From assembly GCA_018659605.1 (NCBI GenBank), contig JABJMA010000019.1, forward strand, positions 141 to 64,140: a stretch of 64,000 bases of DNA, written 5' to 3'. Shown here in pieces: positions 47,684-56,847 of this stretch (position 1 is its first letter; the number at the start of each line of letters is the position of its first letter). A program made the translations under genes and the position numbers. Under the pieces are notes generated by a model. It was not told where the DNA came from. It saw nothing but the letters and a program-made list of their open reading frames with translations, and ran no database searches. The stretch is from Rickettsiales bacterium. Its GTDB lineage: Bacteria; Pseudomonadota; Alphaproteobacteria; Rickettsiales; JABIRX01.

Positions 47684-48250
47684 GTGATTTACGATAAAAT
47701 TTCTATAGTCAATATGATAAGTTTAAAGAAGCTAAGTAATATTACCGCAGAGCTCATCACTAATTTGCGTTATCAGACCTATGATAATGTATTTCAAGAT
47801 GTGTTATATCCAGAGGATTTTGAAGCAAGTTTACATGAAGAGGCATTTTTATGTCTAAAGAAGGCTATAGATATAGCAAGGAAGGAAAATTTGGTTTTTA
47901 AAATATGGGATGCTTATCGACCATATTCGGTTCAAGAGAAGATGTTTGATATTATAGGTGATAGTAATTTCGTTTCTAACCCCGAGACCGGATCGGTACC
48001 TCATTGTAGAGGTATCGCAGTTGATTTGACATTATGTGACTCCAGCGGTTTAGAGCTTGATATGGGGACAGATTTTGATAATTTTACTGAATTAGCTTTT
48101 TTTAATTCGAAGGATGTATCAGAAAGGGCTAGAAATCATAGAGTTTTACTTAGAGAAATCATGACATTGGCGGGTTTTGATTCTTACGATAATGAGTGGT
48201 GGCATTTCCAACTTTTTAATCCAAGGTCTTACGAAATTATCAATGGTTGA
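47684..48250 (+). CDS. VanX/DdpX-type D-alanyl-D-alanine dipeptidase (peptidase M15D)
   Basis: Collinear with VanX. Blocks are IWDAYRP (VanX LWDGYRP), PHCRGIAVDLTL (SHSRGSAIDLTL; His/Asp zinc ligands) and NEWWHF (EWWH; catalytic Glu plus zinc His). The GTG start is on the nucleotide after paralog B's stop; an alternative ATG is at 47714. Confidence 0.85.
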   Translation: MIYDKISIVNMISLKKLSNITAELITNLRYQTYDNVFQDVLYPEDFEASLHEEAFLCLKKAIDIARKENLVFKIWDAYRPYSVQEKMFDIIGDSNFVSNPETGSVPHCRGIAVDLTLCDSSGLELDMGTDFDNFTELAFFNSKDVSERARNHRVLLREIMTLAGFDSYDNEWWHFQLFNPRSYEIING

Positions 48251-48419
48251 TATTGAGGTGCTGACTCAACTTGTATTTTAATCCGTAGGTTATTTCCTAT
48301 AGATCGAACAATAATATTTGATGTCATCATGTAGCGGCAACAACATAATAATAAAATATTGGATTTTTTCTGAAAATTCTCTATAAGGCCATCCAAGCAA
48401 TATCAAAAAATATTAAGAG

Positions 48420-48908
48420 ATGCATAAAGATAAAGAATTTTTTCATAAAAGAAAAACAGTTGAACAAGTAGAGGAAGATAAAGAGCTGGCACCAAAATTT
48501 GATAAAGATGGCTTAATAGTTTGTGTTACCACTAGTAGCAAAAATGGCGATGTTTTAATGGTTGGCTATATGAATCAGGAAGCTCTTATTAAAACTATTG
48601 AAACAGGAGAGGCGCATTATTTCTCACGTAGTCGTAATTGTCTTTGGCATAAAGGAGCCACTAGTGGCTTAATTCAAAAAGTAAAAGATATCAGAATTGA
48701 TGATGATCAAGATGCTGTTTGGATTTCTGTTGAAATGGAAGGTGATGAGGCTAGTTGTCATGTTGGTTATCGAAGTTGTTTTTATCGCTCAATACCAATT
48801 GGTCAAACGCCAGATAAAAATTTGAAATTAGTCTTCAAGGAAGATAACAAAGTTTTTGATCCAGTTGAAGTTTATGGTGCTGATGCAGAAAATCCTACAA
48901 AGCTTTAG
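48420..48908 (+). CDS. hisI: Phosphoribosyl-AMP cyclohydrolase
   Basis: HisI blocks [32 protein letters not shown] and [11 protein letters not shown]. Confidence 0.85.
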   Translation: MHKDKEFFHKRKTVEQVEEDKELAPKFDKDGLIVCVTTSSKNGDVLMVGYMNQEALIKTIETGEAHYFSRSRNCLWHKGATSGLIQKVKDIRIDDDQDAVWISVEMEGDEASCHVGYRSCFYRSIPIGQTPDKNLKLVFKEDNKVFDPVEVYGADAENPTKL

Positions 48909-49131
48909 CTTTATAGCTAAGCTACCATTTTATTCAATTATATTTTTATATCGTTATTTTATTTCACCGATAATAGTCCCTAGATGTCGTTTCTTACCAA
49001 CATGTTCTGAATATGCAGTAGAGGCTATTAAAGTTAAAGGTTGTATAAGAGGTGGTTTTCTGGCAGTAAAAAGAATATGTAAATGCCATCCATTTGGAGG
49101 GTCTGGATATGACCCTCTTTCAAAAGAATAA
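48883..49131 (+). CDS. yidD: Membrane protein insertion efficiency factor YidD
   Basis: [27 protein letters not shown]...[11 protein letters not shown]. The frame is open from 48856; the Met at 48883 fits the family length and overlaps the hisI end. Confidence 0.8.
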   Translation: MQKILQSFSFIAKLPFYSIIFLYRYFISPIIVPRCRFLPTCSEYAVEAIKVKGCIRGGFLAVKRICKCHPFGGSGYDPLSKE

Positions 49132-49238
49132 AGATTTTTTCCAACTAAAAATTGTATTAATATTGTAATTATGCTAATTATGTAGATAGACATAGTTTAA
49201 TAAGATCAATTTAGTTGCTATTTAGGAGGCACAAATCA

Positions 49239-50156
49239 ATGAATAAAAAACAAATATTAGATAAGTTATTAAGCAAGCTATGGCATGATTATAAAGGTAG
49301 GGTGAGTTATGCAAATCAATATGCTAATCTAGTCGAGGAAAAAGGCGGGAGCGTCATTAACGATCATATAGCATTTAGAAGTTTTAAAGATGATATTCCT
49401 AATCAGCAATCAGGTATTGAGCCATTTGTCCAAATCTTTCAAGCTTTTGATTATAAAATTAAGGCAGAATATGAGTTCGAGACTAAAAAATTACATGCGA
49501 TTCATTTGGAGCATGAAGATGATACCTTGCCTAAAATATTTATAAGCGAACTTTTAGTTGATCAGTTCCCAGAAGAATTTACTCAAATAATAACTCGAAA
49601 CATCGCTAGTTGCAATTGTAAAATTAATGATGATATCAAACATTTACTCCAAAATTTAAATGTTGAGGATCTCGATTCAAACAAGTCTGAGCAATTAATA
49701 GCACAATTAGTTAGTTTTTTTACTAGGCCATGGAGTCCGCCACAGCGAGCTGATATTTATGAGGCTAACAGATTCTCACAATATGCTGCATGGGTACTAT
49801 TGCATGGTAACTCGGTTAACCATTTTACCGCTAATATAAATTTTCAAAATGTTAAAGAATGGCCAGATATAGACTCAACACTCATATCGCTTAAAAATTA
49901 TGGTATTCCCCTAAAAACAGCAATAGAGGGTGAGAAGGGATCTATATTAAGACAATCTGCAACAGAAGCTGTTATTGAGGATTGTGCAGCACATGATGCT
50001 GAAGGTAACTTAATTACAGTGCCCTGGAGTTATGCTTATTATGAATTTGCTGAACGTGGCTTTGTCAATGATGAAAATAGCGAGCCAACATTATTCCAAG
50101 GGTTTTTGGGTGAACAGGCAACAAACCTTTTTGATATGACTGATGCAAAAAAATAG
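49239..50156 (+). CDS. DUF1338 (VOC-fold; HglS/YdcJ-like 2-oxoadipate dioxygenase/decarboxylase family) protein
   Basis: The INDHIAFRSF block is typical of DUF1338. The ATG at 49239 is preceded by AGGAGG, although the ORF is open from 49215. It forms an operon with lysine-catabolic enzymes. Confidence 0.6.
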   Translation: MNKKQILDKLLSKLWHDYKGRVSYANQYANLVEEKGGSVINDHIAFRSFKDDIPNQQSGIEPFVQIFQAFDYKIKAEYEFETKKLHAIHLEHEDDTLPKIFISELLVDQFPEEFTQIITRNIASCNCKINDDIKHLLQNLNVEDLDSNKSEQLIAQLVSFFTRPWSPPQRADIYEANRFSQYAAWVLLHGNSVNHFTANINFQNVKEWPDIDSTLISLKNYGIPLKTAIEGEKGSILRQSATEAVIEDCAAHDAEGNLITVPWSYAYYEFAERGFVNDENSEPTLFQGFLGEQATNLFDMTDAKK

Positions 50157-51270
50157 GATCTTTAATAAAATACTTATTTGTGGATATGGTGTTATAGGCA
50201 AATTATTAGCCCAGCTATTACTTGATTTAGGGTTTAAGGTTGTAGTAATTGATGTAATTAAGCATGAGGATCCAGATATATGTTTTGAAACTGCTAATTG
50301 TGCTGATATAGAATCCCTGCGCAAGATTATTCGTAAGCATGATTTAGAAAGCTTAGTATCATGTCTGCCTTATAATTTTAATAAGGCTCTGGCTGGTTTA
50401 TGTTTAGCAGAAAAATTGCATTATTTTGACCCTACAGAAGATGTAAAAACTACAAACTATGTCCAAGAGATAGCAAAAAAGGCCGATTCTCTTTTTGTCC
50501 CACAAAATGGTTTAGCTCCAGGAATTATTAATATAATAGCTAATGGGTTGATTAAAAAATTCGATACAAAAACTATCAGATCGGCACGTTTAAGAGTAGG
50601 GGCACTCCCTCAGAACCCTGTGGGGGATTTCGGATATGCATGTAATTGGTCTCCAGAGGGGCTAGTAAATGAATATATAAAACCATCTATTGTCGTTGAG
50701 GATTTCACGAAAAAAGAAGTTCGTTCAATGGGGCGTAAAGAGACAATTTTTGTAAATGGAGTAGAGTATGAAGCATTTCTGACTTCAGGTGGAGTGGGAA
50801 CATTATGTGAAGCCTATGATGGAGAGATTCGTAATTTAAATTATAAATCTATTAGATATCCAGGTCATTTAGATTGTTTAAGAATAGTTATTGATCAGCT
50901 AAAATTACGCGATGATCAAGATAAGATTGTTGGATTATTTCGTCATGCTTTATTACCAGATGATAATGATCATGTGATTATCCATGTGTCGGTTGAAGGT
51001 GAGGTTAATGGTAGGCAGATAACAAAAGAATTTGTGGCAGATTATTATCCTCAGAAATTATGTGGGAAATATAGAACTGCAATCTCATGGACAACGGCGT
51101 TATCCATTGCTACTAACATTGAGTTATCAGCTAATGGAGTATTTGGAAGTAAGGGTTTTGTGGCGCAGGAACAAATTCCAATTAAGGAATTTTTTACTAC
51201 TAAAACAGGGAGTTATTTTATTGATTTCCATAATAACAAAAATATTTTTGAGGAGTTATTAAATGAATAA
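50143..51270 (+). CDS. Saccharopine dehydrogenase-family oxidoreductase (L-lysine 6-dehydrogenase-like)
   Basis: N-terminal Rossmann motif ILICGYGVIGKLLAQLL plus a saccharopine-DH C-terminal domain. It overlaps both neighbouring genes. Confidence 0.7.
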   Translation: MQKNRIFNKILICGYGVIGKLLAQLLLDLGFKVVVIDVIKHEDPDICFETANCADIESLRKIIRKHDLESLVSCLPYNFNKALAGLCLAEKLHYFDPTEDVKTTNYVQEIAKKADSLFVPQNGLAPGIINIIANGLIKKFDTKTIRSARLRVGALPQNPVGDFGYACNWSPEGLVNEYIKPSIVVEDFTKKEVRSMGRKETIFVNGVEYEAFLTSGGVGTLCEAYDGEIRNLNYKSIRYPGHLDCLRIVIDQLKLRDDQDKIVGLFRHALLPDDNDHVIIHVSVEGEVNGRQITKEFVADYYPQKLCGKYRTAISWTTALSIATNIELSANGVFGSKGFVAQEQIPIKEFFTTKTGSYFIDFHNNKNIFEELLNE

Positions 51271-52771
51271 TCATGATTTACTTAAGCATTTTGGAATTAG
51301 CAGCGTTATAGCGAAAGGTGATTTAGATGTTTTTACTCCAATAGATGGCAGCTTAATTGCGAAATTAAAGAAAGATGATAAACGGGCTTATAATATAAAA
51401 GTAAAATCACTTTCTGAACAGTTTACTTTCTGGCGAAACGTACCAGCGCCTAAGCGTGGGGAATTAATTAGATTGTTTGGTGAAAAGCTTCGTGCTGAAA
51501 AGGAGTATTTAGCAAAAATGATTACACTTGAATGTGGTAAAATCTTAAGCGAGGCCCGTGGTGAGGTCCAAGAAATGATTGATATTTGTGATTTTGCAGT
51601 AGGCTTGTCTAGGCAGCTATATGGTTTAGATATTGCCTCTGAAAGATTCGAGCATAAAATGCAGGAGAGTTATCGGCCACTTGGTGTTGTCGGAGTAATA
51701 TCAGCTTTTAATTTTCCTGCTGCGGTTTGGGCATGGAATTTTGCTTTAGCTATTATTTGTGGTAATACAGTTTTATGGAAGCCTTCTGAAATTACTCCAC
51801 TAGTCGCTCTGGCATCACAAAGTATTTTTAACCAGGCCTGTAGTGATTATAAGCATATATATAAAAATGCTGATAAATTATCTGAAATAATTATTTCAGA
51901 TAAAGAGCTTGGAGATGCTATGGTTAGGGATAAGAAAATTGCATTAGTTTCTGCAACTGGGTCATGCCAAATGGGTAAAATAATTGCACCAATATTGGCT
52001 AAGAGGTTTGCTAAATCTATTTTTGAGTTAGGTGGAAATAATGCAGTGATCGTTTCTGATAAAGCTAATTTGCAATTAGCGCTTGATGCGATTGTATTTG
52101 GAGCTGTTGGTACTTGTGGTCAGAGATGTACCACGACTAGAAGAGTATTTGTGCAAGAAACAATTTATTTAAGTTTTTTAGATAAATTAAAAATGCAATA
52201 TGCGAAACTTAATGAGCAAGTTATAGGGGATCCATTTAATGAGAAAAAGCTAATTGGTCCTTTAATTAATAAATCTTCATATTTAGCTATGGTTAACGCA
52301 ATTGAGAAAATTAAAATTTCTGGTGTAAATGTTTTATATGGACAGAGGTTGTTTGCTAATAAATATAATAATGCTTATTATGTGCAACCAGCCCTAGTGG
52401 GTCTTAATAAACAAATTCCAATAATGCAGGAAGAGACTTTTGCCCCATTGCTATATGTTGCTCCATATAAAACATTAGATGATGCAATGGTAATGCATAA
52501 TGATGTTGAGCAAGGTTTATCATCCAGTATATTTACAACAAATATAGCGGAGGCTGAGTTTTTTCGTAATCATTCTGATTGTGGAATTGTAAATGTAAAT
52601 ATAGGCACCTCTGGTGCCGAAATAGGTGGAGCTTTTGGTGGTGAGAAAACGACTGGAGGTGGTAGAGAATCTGGTTCTGACTGTTGGAAAAATTATATGA
52701 GGCGCCAAACATCAACAACTTATTATGGTATTAAAACTCCAGAATTAGCTCAAAATGTCAAATTTGGCTAA
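51263..52771 (+). CDS. Alpha-aminoadipic semialdehyde (piperideine-6-carboxylate) dehydrogenase, ALDH7/AmaB type
   Basis: Strong collinearity with ALDH7A1, including FELGGNNA, GTCGQRCTTTRR and the C-terminal block CGIVNVNIGTSGAEIGGAFGGEKTTGGGRESGSDCWKNYMRR. Confidence 0.9.
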   Translation: MNNHDLLKHFGISSVIAKGDLDVFTPIDGSLIAKLKKDDKRAYNIKVKSLSEQFTFWRNVPAPKRGELIRLFGEKLRAEKEYLAKMITLECGKILSEARGEVQEMIDICDFAVGLSRQLYGLDIASERFEHKMQESYRPLGVVGVISAFNFPAAVWAWNFALAIICGNTVLWKPSEITPLVALASQSIFNQACSDYKHIYKNADKLSEIIISDKELGDAMVRDKKIALVSATGSCQMGKIIAPILAKRFAKSIFELGGNNAVIVSDKANLQLALDAIVFGAVGTCGQRCTTTRRVFVQETIYLSFLDKLKMQYAKLNEQVIGDPFNEKKLIGPLINKSSYLAMVNAIEKIKISGVNVLYGQRLFANKYNNAYYVQPALVGLNKQIPIMQEETFAPLLYVAPYKTLDDAMVMHNDVEQGLSSSIFTTNIAEAEFFRNHSDCGIVNVNIGTSGAEIGGAFGGEKTTGGGRESGSDCWKNYMRRQTSTTYYGIKTPELAQNVKFG

Positions 52772-52859
52772 CAAAAATTATTAGGAAATTACAAGTTTTA
52801 GTTGATTTTTGTTATTTAAATCATATTTGATTAATTCATAACAAATTTTATTTCTTCCT

Positions 52860-53630
52860 ATGAAAAAATTATTATTACTAACATCTTCTACACTTGCAAT
52901 ATCTGCATTTACAGTTTCAGCTAATGCAGCAGGTGTATCAGATTTATTCTTTAAACCAGTTACAGGTCAGATAGTATCAACTACTACTTATGATCTAAAT
53001 ACTTACACAGAGACTGATAGTGTTGAAACAGATGGAACGACTACTACGGAAACTATAGATTACGGTCTTAGTGATAAAAATACTTTATCACTAACAGTTT
53101 CATATGGTGATACAGATAATAATACATCTTCTACTAATAATAATAATCAAAATGGTTTTTACAATCCAGAAATTGCTTTGAGTCGTAGAATTGCTACTGG
53201 TGATGTAATTGTAGATTTAAATGCTTCTATAGCACCTGATTTAATTGATACTGATGATTCAGACTATGCTACTGATGCTACAGAATATAGCTTTGGTTTG
53301 GCTGTTAGTGGTACAAGAGGTATTGCTAAATATACTTTATCAGCAGATATGAAACAAATTGCCTCTGGTTCAGATGGTTCTGGAGCTTATTCAGCAGCTG
53401 TATTTACTATAGATAATCAATTTGTCATAACCGATCAAATACGTTTAGATCCTAGTATTTCTTATACTGATGCTGATGGTACTGATACAAATTATGTTAC
53501 TTATGGAGCTACATTAAGCTATGATGTTAGTGATTCATTAGCCATATATGCTGGTGTACGTAATATCAATTATGATACTTTAAACAAAGAGACAACTACT
53601 ACTACATTATCTCTAAAAACATTATTCTAA
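52860..53630 (+). CDS. Outer-membrane beta-barrel protein (Thr/Asp/Ser-rich)
   Basis: Signal peptide ...TVSANA/AG, alternating amphipathic strands, and a terminal Phe (LSLKTLF). Confidence 0.65.
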   Translation: MKKLLLLTSSTLAISAFTVSANAAGVSDLFFKPVTGQIVSTTTYDLNTYTETDSVETDGTTTTETIDYGLSDKNTLSLTVSYGDTDNNTSSTNNNNQNGFYNPEIALSRRIATGDVIVDLNASIAPDLIDTDDSDYATDATEYSFGLAVSGTRGIAKYTLSADMKQIASGSDGSGAYSAAVFTIDNQFVITDQIRLDPSISYTDADGTDTNYVTYGATLSYDVSDSLAIYAGVRNINYDTLNKETTTTTLSLKTLF

Positions 53631-53657
53631 GTTAATTCTTAAATGTTTTTTAATTAA

Positions 53658-53687
53658 GGCGCTAGGTAATCCCTGGCGCCTTTTTTT
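53658..53687 (+). terminator. Rho-independent terminator after the OMP gene
   Basis: GGCGCTAGG-TAATC-CCTGGCGCC stem-loop followed by a T7 run. Confidence 0.75.
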
Positions 53688-54118
53688 ATGGAGGTGGTCA
53701 AACTAGATGGTAAAGATATTAGTAGGGGTATGAAGAATAGTAATTTAATTTTATCTACAAAGAGTTTATCACAACCAAATTTTTAAGCCTATCGCTTTAG
53801 AACTTAATAAAAACTTATCTAAAAAACGATGTAGAAAAAGGGATACGTAAAAGAACTGATAGTTGGCAACATCCTTTTTAAATTATATGTAAGAGTAAAA
53901 GTCCATAAAACGATCATTTTATAGCCTATTTGCAAATCTTAAAATTGGAAAATTTCATGGTCTACATTGTCAGGGTATGAAAAGCATTGGAAGAATATAT
54001 GTAAATGTTGCTGCCTATGTGAAGGATAGCGTGTCATTTAATCCTTATAAGTTAGATTTTGCTAGATTTATCAAATCTTTTGATTAAGACTTATTATATA
54101 TAAAACCTAATGTGAAAT

Positions 54119-54487
54119 ATGAAGTTTGCTAAAAGATTAATATTAATATCAATTTTGTTTACTTCATGTGCCTTTGCAGATTCACGTAATTACGTTCCTG
54201 GTATTTCTGATTTACCGGTACCTTTAAATTTTCATCTTAAAAATGACACTTCTTCGGTTTTCTATAATGATTCTGGCCGTATTGTTGAGGCGGTATTTCA
54301 AGGGCAGGCAAGAGGTGATGAGATTAAAGAATTTTACAATGTAACTTTAAAGGCCTTAGGATGGGAGAGAGTAGGGGTTTTAAAATATGTTCGTGAAAAA
54401 GAATTACTAGAGATTACTACTAAATCAATTGATGATGATCAGTTTAACACTCTGGAAGTAAACTTCTCACTGAAGCCAAATAATTAA
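54119..54487 (+). CDS. Putative lipoprotein, function unknown
   Basis: Signal peptide with a lipobox-like FTSC. 122 aa. No family recognised. Confidence 0.5.
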   Translation: MKFAKRLILISILFTSCAFADSRNYVPGISDLPVPLNFHLKNDTSSVFYNDSGRIVEAVFQGQARGDEIKEFYNVTLKALGWERVGVLKYVREKELLEITTKSIDDDQFNTLEVNFSLKPNN

Positions 54488-54638
54488 TTTTTATAGGTCT
54501 AGGCCAAATAAAAGCAGATTAACTATTGAAGATAGCCTAGTTTGCCATGAATAGGAGTATTTAATTGCGTAAAATAGAGCTAATTCTCAGCATGAGAACT
54601 CCAACAACTTTTATAAGCTGGTGAAGCAACCTTTATCA

Positions 54639-56198
54639 TTAAGGTTCTTTAATTTTATCCATTTCTGTTCCAGGCTCATAACTTCTATCCATCACTACTT
54701 CATAATGTGGATCAGATTCATTATTACGATCTATTATGCATCCTGACTTCTCTAGCAGATTGGCACAATCAATACTAAGCTTTTGATATTTTATTATTTT
54801 GCCAATCTTGTTATATTTTTTGGCTAACTGCTCTAGAGCTTCTAGTCCTGAATGATCCCAAACTCTACTATGCTCAAAATTTATGATAATGTTATCAGGA
54901 TCAGTGTTTGGATGGAACAAGTCTTTAAACGATGCGACAGATCCAAAGAATATAGGTCCATACAAATCATAAATCTTAGTGTTTTTACTTGAATCTTCAT
55001 TGATGACAGCAGTTATATGATGCGCATTATTCCATGCATAAACAAGTGCTGAGACAATAACTCCAACAAAAACAGCAGCAGCTAGATCAAAAAATACAGT
55101 TGTTGCTGAAACCAAAACAATGACAAATGCATCACTTTTTGGTATTTTATTCATTATTCTAAGGCTTGACCATGCAAAAGTTCCAATTACTACCATAAAC
55201 ATTACCCCAACAAGTGCTGCAATAGGGATGGCTTCAATTAATGGTGCAGCAAAGATAATAAAGCTAAGTAGGAATATAGCGGCTGTAATTCCAGATAAGC
55301 GATGTCTAGCTCCTGAAGAAATATTGATCATGGTTTGGCCAATCATTGCGCATCCTCCCATACCGCCAAAAAAACCAGTGACAACATTGGCAATTCCTTG
55401 GGCTCCGCATTCACGGCTATTTCTACCTCTAGTTTCAGTAATTTCGTCAACTAGAGTAAGTGCAAGTAAACTTTCAATAAGTCCAACGCCAGCAAGTATT
55501 ATTGAGTAGGGTAGAATTATTTTGAGAGTTTCAAGATTTAAATCTATTATAGGAATATGAAATTTAGGAAATCCACCTGCAATACTTGCCATATCTCCAA
55601 CTGCTTTAGTATCGATATTGCATAATTCTGTAATGCCAAATATAACTAAAATAGCTACAAGTGCTGAAGGAATAGCTTTGGTAAATCTTGGTAAGTAATG
55701 AATGATTGCCATTGTTAGAGCAATTAGAGCAAGCATTATATATAGTTTATTACCTGATAGCCATATAATGCTGCCAGTAGAGTCAAGGGTTTGAAATTGG
55801 CTTAACTGCGCTAGAAAGATTACTATTGCAAGTCCATTTACAAAACCAAGCATTACTGGATGAGGTACTATACGAATAAATTTTCCTAGACGAAGTGCTC
55901 CAGCAATCATCTGAATTATTCCCATTAATATTACGGCGGCGAATAAATATTCAATTCCATGATTAGTAACGAGCGATACCATAACAACTGCAAGTGCTCC
56001 AGTTGCGCCAGATATCATGCCGGGTCTTCCACCTAGTACTGAAGTAATAAGGCCAACGATAAATGCCGCATATAATCCAACTAATGGATGTACTCCTGCA
56101 ACAAATGCAAAGGCCACAGCTTCTGGCACTAGTGCTAGAGATACAGTTAGTCCAGATAGTATTTCTGTTTTGATTTGTTTTGGTGTTACATTTCTCAT
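54639..56198 (-). CDS. SulP family inorganic anion transporter with a C-terminal STAS domain
   Basis: The SulP N-terminal block EILSGLTVSLALVPEAVAFAFVAG, many TM helices, and a STAS-like tail. Confidence 0.9.
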   Translation of the reverse strand: MRNVTPKQIKTEILSGLTVSLALVPEAVAFAFVAGVHPLVGLYAAFIVGLITSVLGGRPGMISGATGALAVVMVSLVTNHGIEYLFAAVILMGIIQMIAGALRLGKFIRIVPHPVMLGFVNGLAIVIFLAQLSQFQTLDSTGSIIWLSGNKLYIMLALIALTMAIIHYLPRFTKAIPSALVAILVIFGITELCNIDTKAVGDMASIAGGFPKFHIPIIDLNLETLKIILPYSIILAGVGLIESLLALTLVDEITETRGRNSRECGAQGIANVVTGFFGGMGGCAMIGQTMINISSGARHRLSGITAAIFLLSFIIFAAPLIEAIPIAALVGVMFMVVIGTFAWSSLRIMNKIPKSDAFVIVLVSATTVFFDLAAAVFVGVIVSALVYAWNNAHHITAVINEDSSKNTKIYDLYGPIFFGSVASFKDLFHPNTDPDNIIINFEHSRVWDHSGLEALEQLAKKYNKIGKIIKYQKLSIDCANLLEKSGCIIDRNNESDPHYEVVMDRSYEPGTEMDKIKEP

Positions 56199-56422
56199 AT
56201 CTTCATATCAATAATCCATCAGACAGTTTTAAGCTCAAGTAAAGCTTAGTTATTACCTGTTTTATATTCTTAATTCTGATAGTAAGTGCTATATAATTTA
56301 TAGCTGTGTAGATAAGCATTCTAAATCCTAACCTATTTGACTAAAGTTAAAACTTAGAATGATTAATGTATGATTAGCAAAAGTTCTATAAAGAGGCTTT
56401 TAGCTAAAAGAGACCTTATTAA

Positions 56423-56626
56423 TTATATGATCTCAATATTAGTAGCAGCTATTTTACCTCTGCTTTCTTCAGTGTCATAAGAAACTTTTTGACCTTCTTG
56501 TAGGGTGTTAATACCCTTCTCCTCAAGTTTGCTAATGTGAACAAACACATCGTTGCTACCATCTTCAGCTTGAAGAAATCCATAACCTTTGGTTGTGTTA
56601 AACCATTTTACTATACCTGTTGCCAT
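56423..56626 (-). CDS. cspA: Cold-shock protein (CspA family)
   Basis: GIVKWFNTTKGYGFL (RNP1) and VFVHIS (RNP2). Confidence 0.92.
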   Translation of the reverse strand: MATGIVKWFNTTKGYGFLQAEDGSNDVFVHISKLEEKGINTLQEGQKVSYDTEESRGKIAATNIEII

Positions 56627-56847
56627 TTTGAAAATATTTTATTAAATTGTTAATTGAAAGCTCTTTTGGCTAATCCTAGAACTTTCAGGGAGTGATACTA
56701 GAGCATTTATATTATACAAGCAAGGAATCTTTATATTATAATATTATAATCATTTATTATCACCTGTTGATCCATAAATAAGCCTCATAGCAAAACTCTA
56801 TTTTTTGAGAATTATTTGGGAAACTAATAAGCCAGTTTTAATAGGGC

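Noticed and set aside
48856-48882. Upstream extension of yidD (ORF-track start at 48856)
   Set aside because: This start would add residues not seen in the YidD family and lengthen the overlap with hisI. The Met at 48883 gives the typical N-terminus.
48420-48908. hisI as an orphan histidine-biosynthesis gene
   Set aside because: hisI is often unlinked from other his genes in alphaproteobacteria. Without the rest of the genome, the presence or absence of the pathway cannot be judged.
53688-54118. 430-bp gene-free gap, possibly hiding a degraded gene or ncRNA
   Set aside because: All six frames are broken by frequent stops. No recognisable protein fragments, no convincing hairpins, and no conserved RNA motifs were visible by eye.
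56397-56410. 14-nt perfect palindrome CTTTTAGCTAAAAG just downstream of cspA, considered as a terminator
   Set aside because: The stem is AU-rich and very short with effectively no loop. That is not enough to call a terminator.
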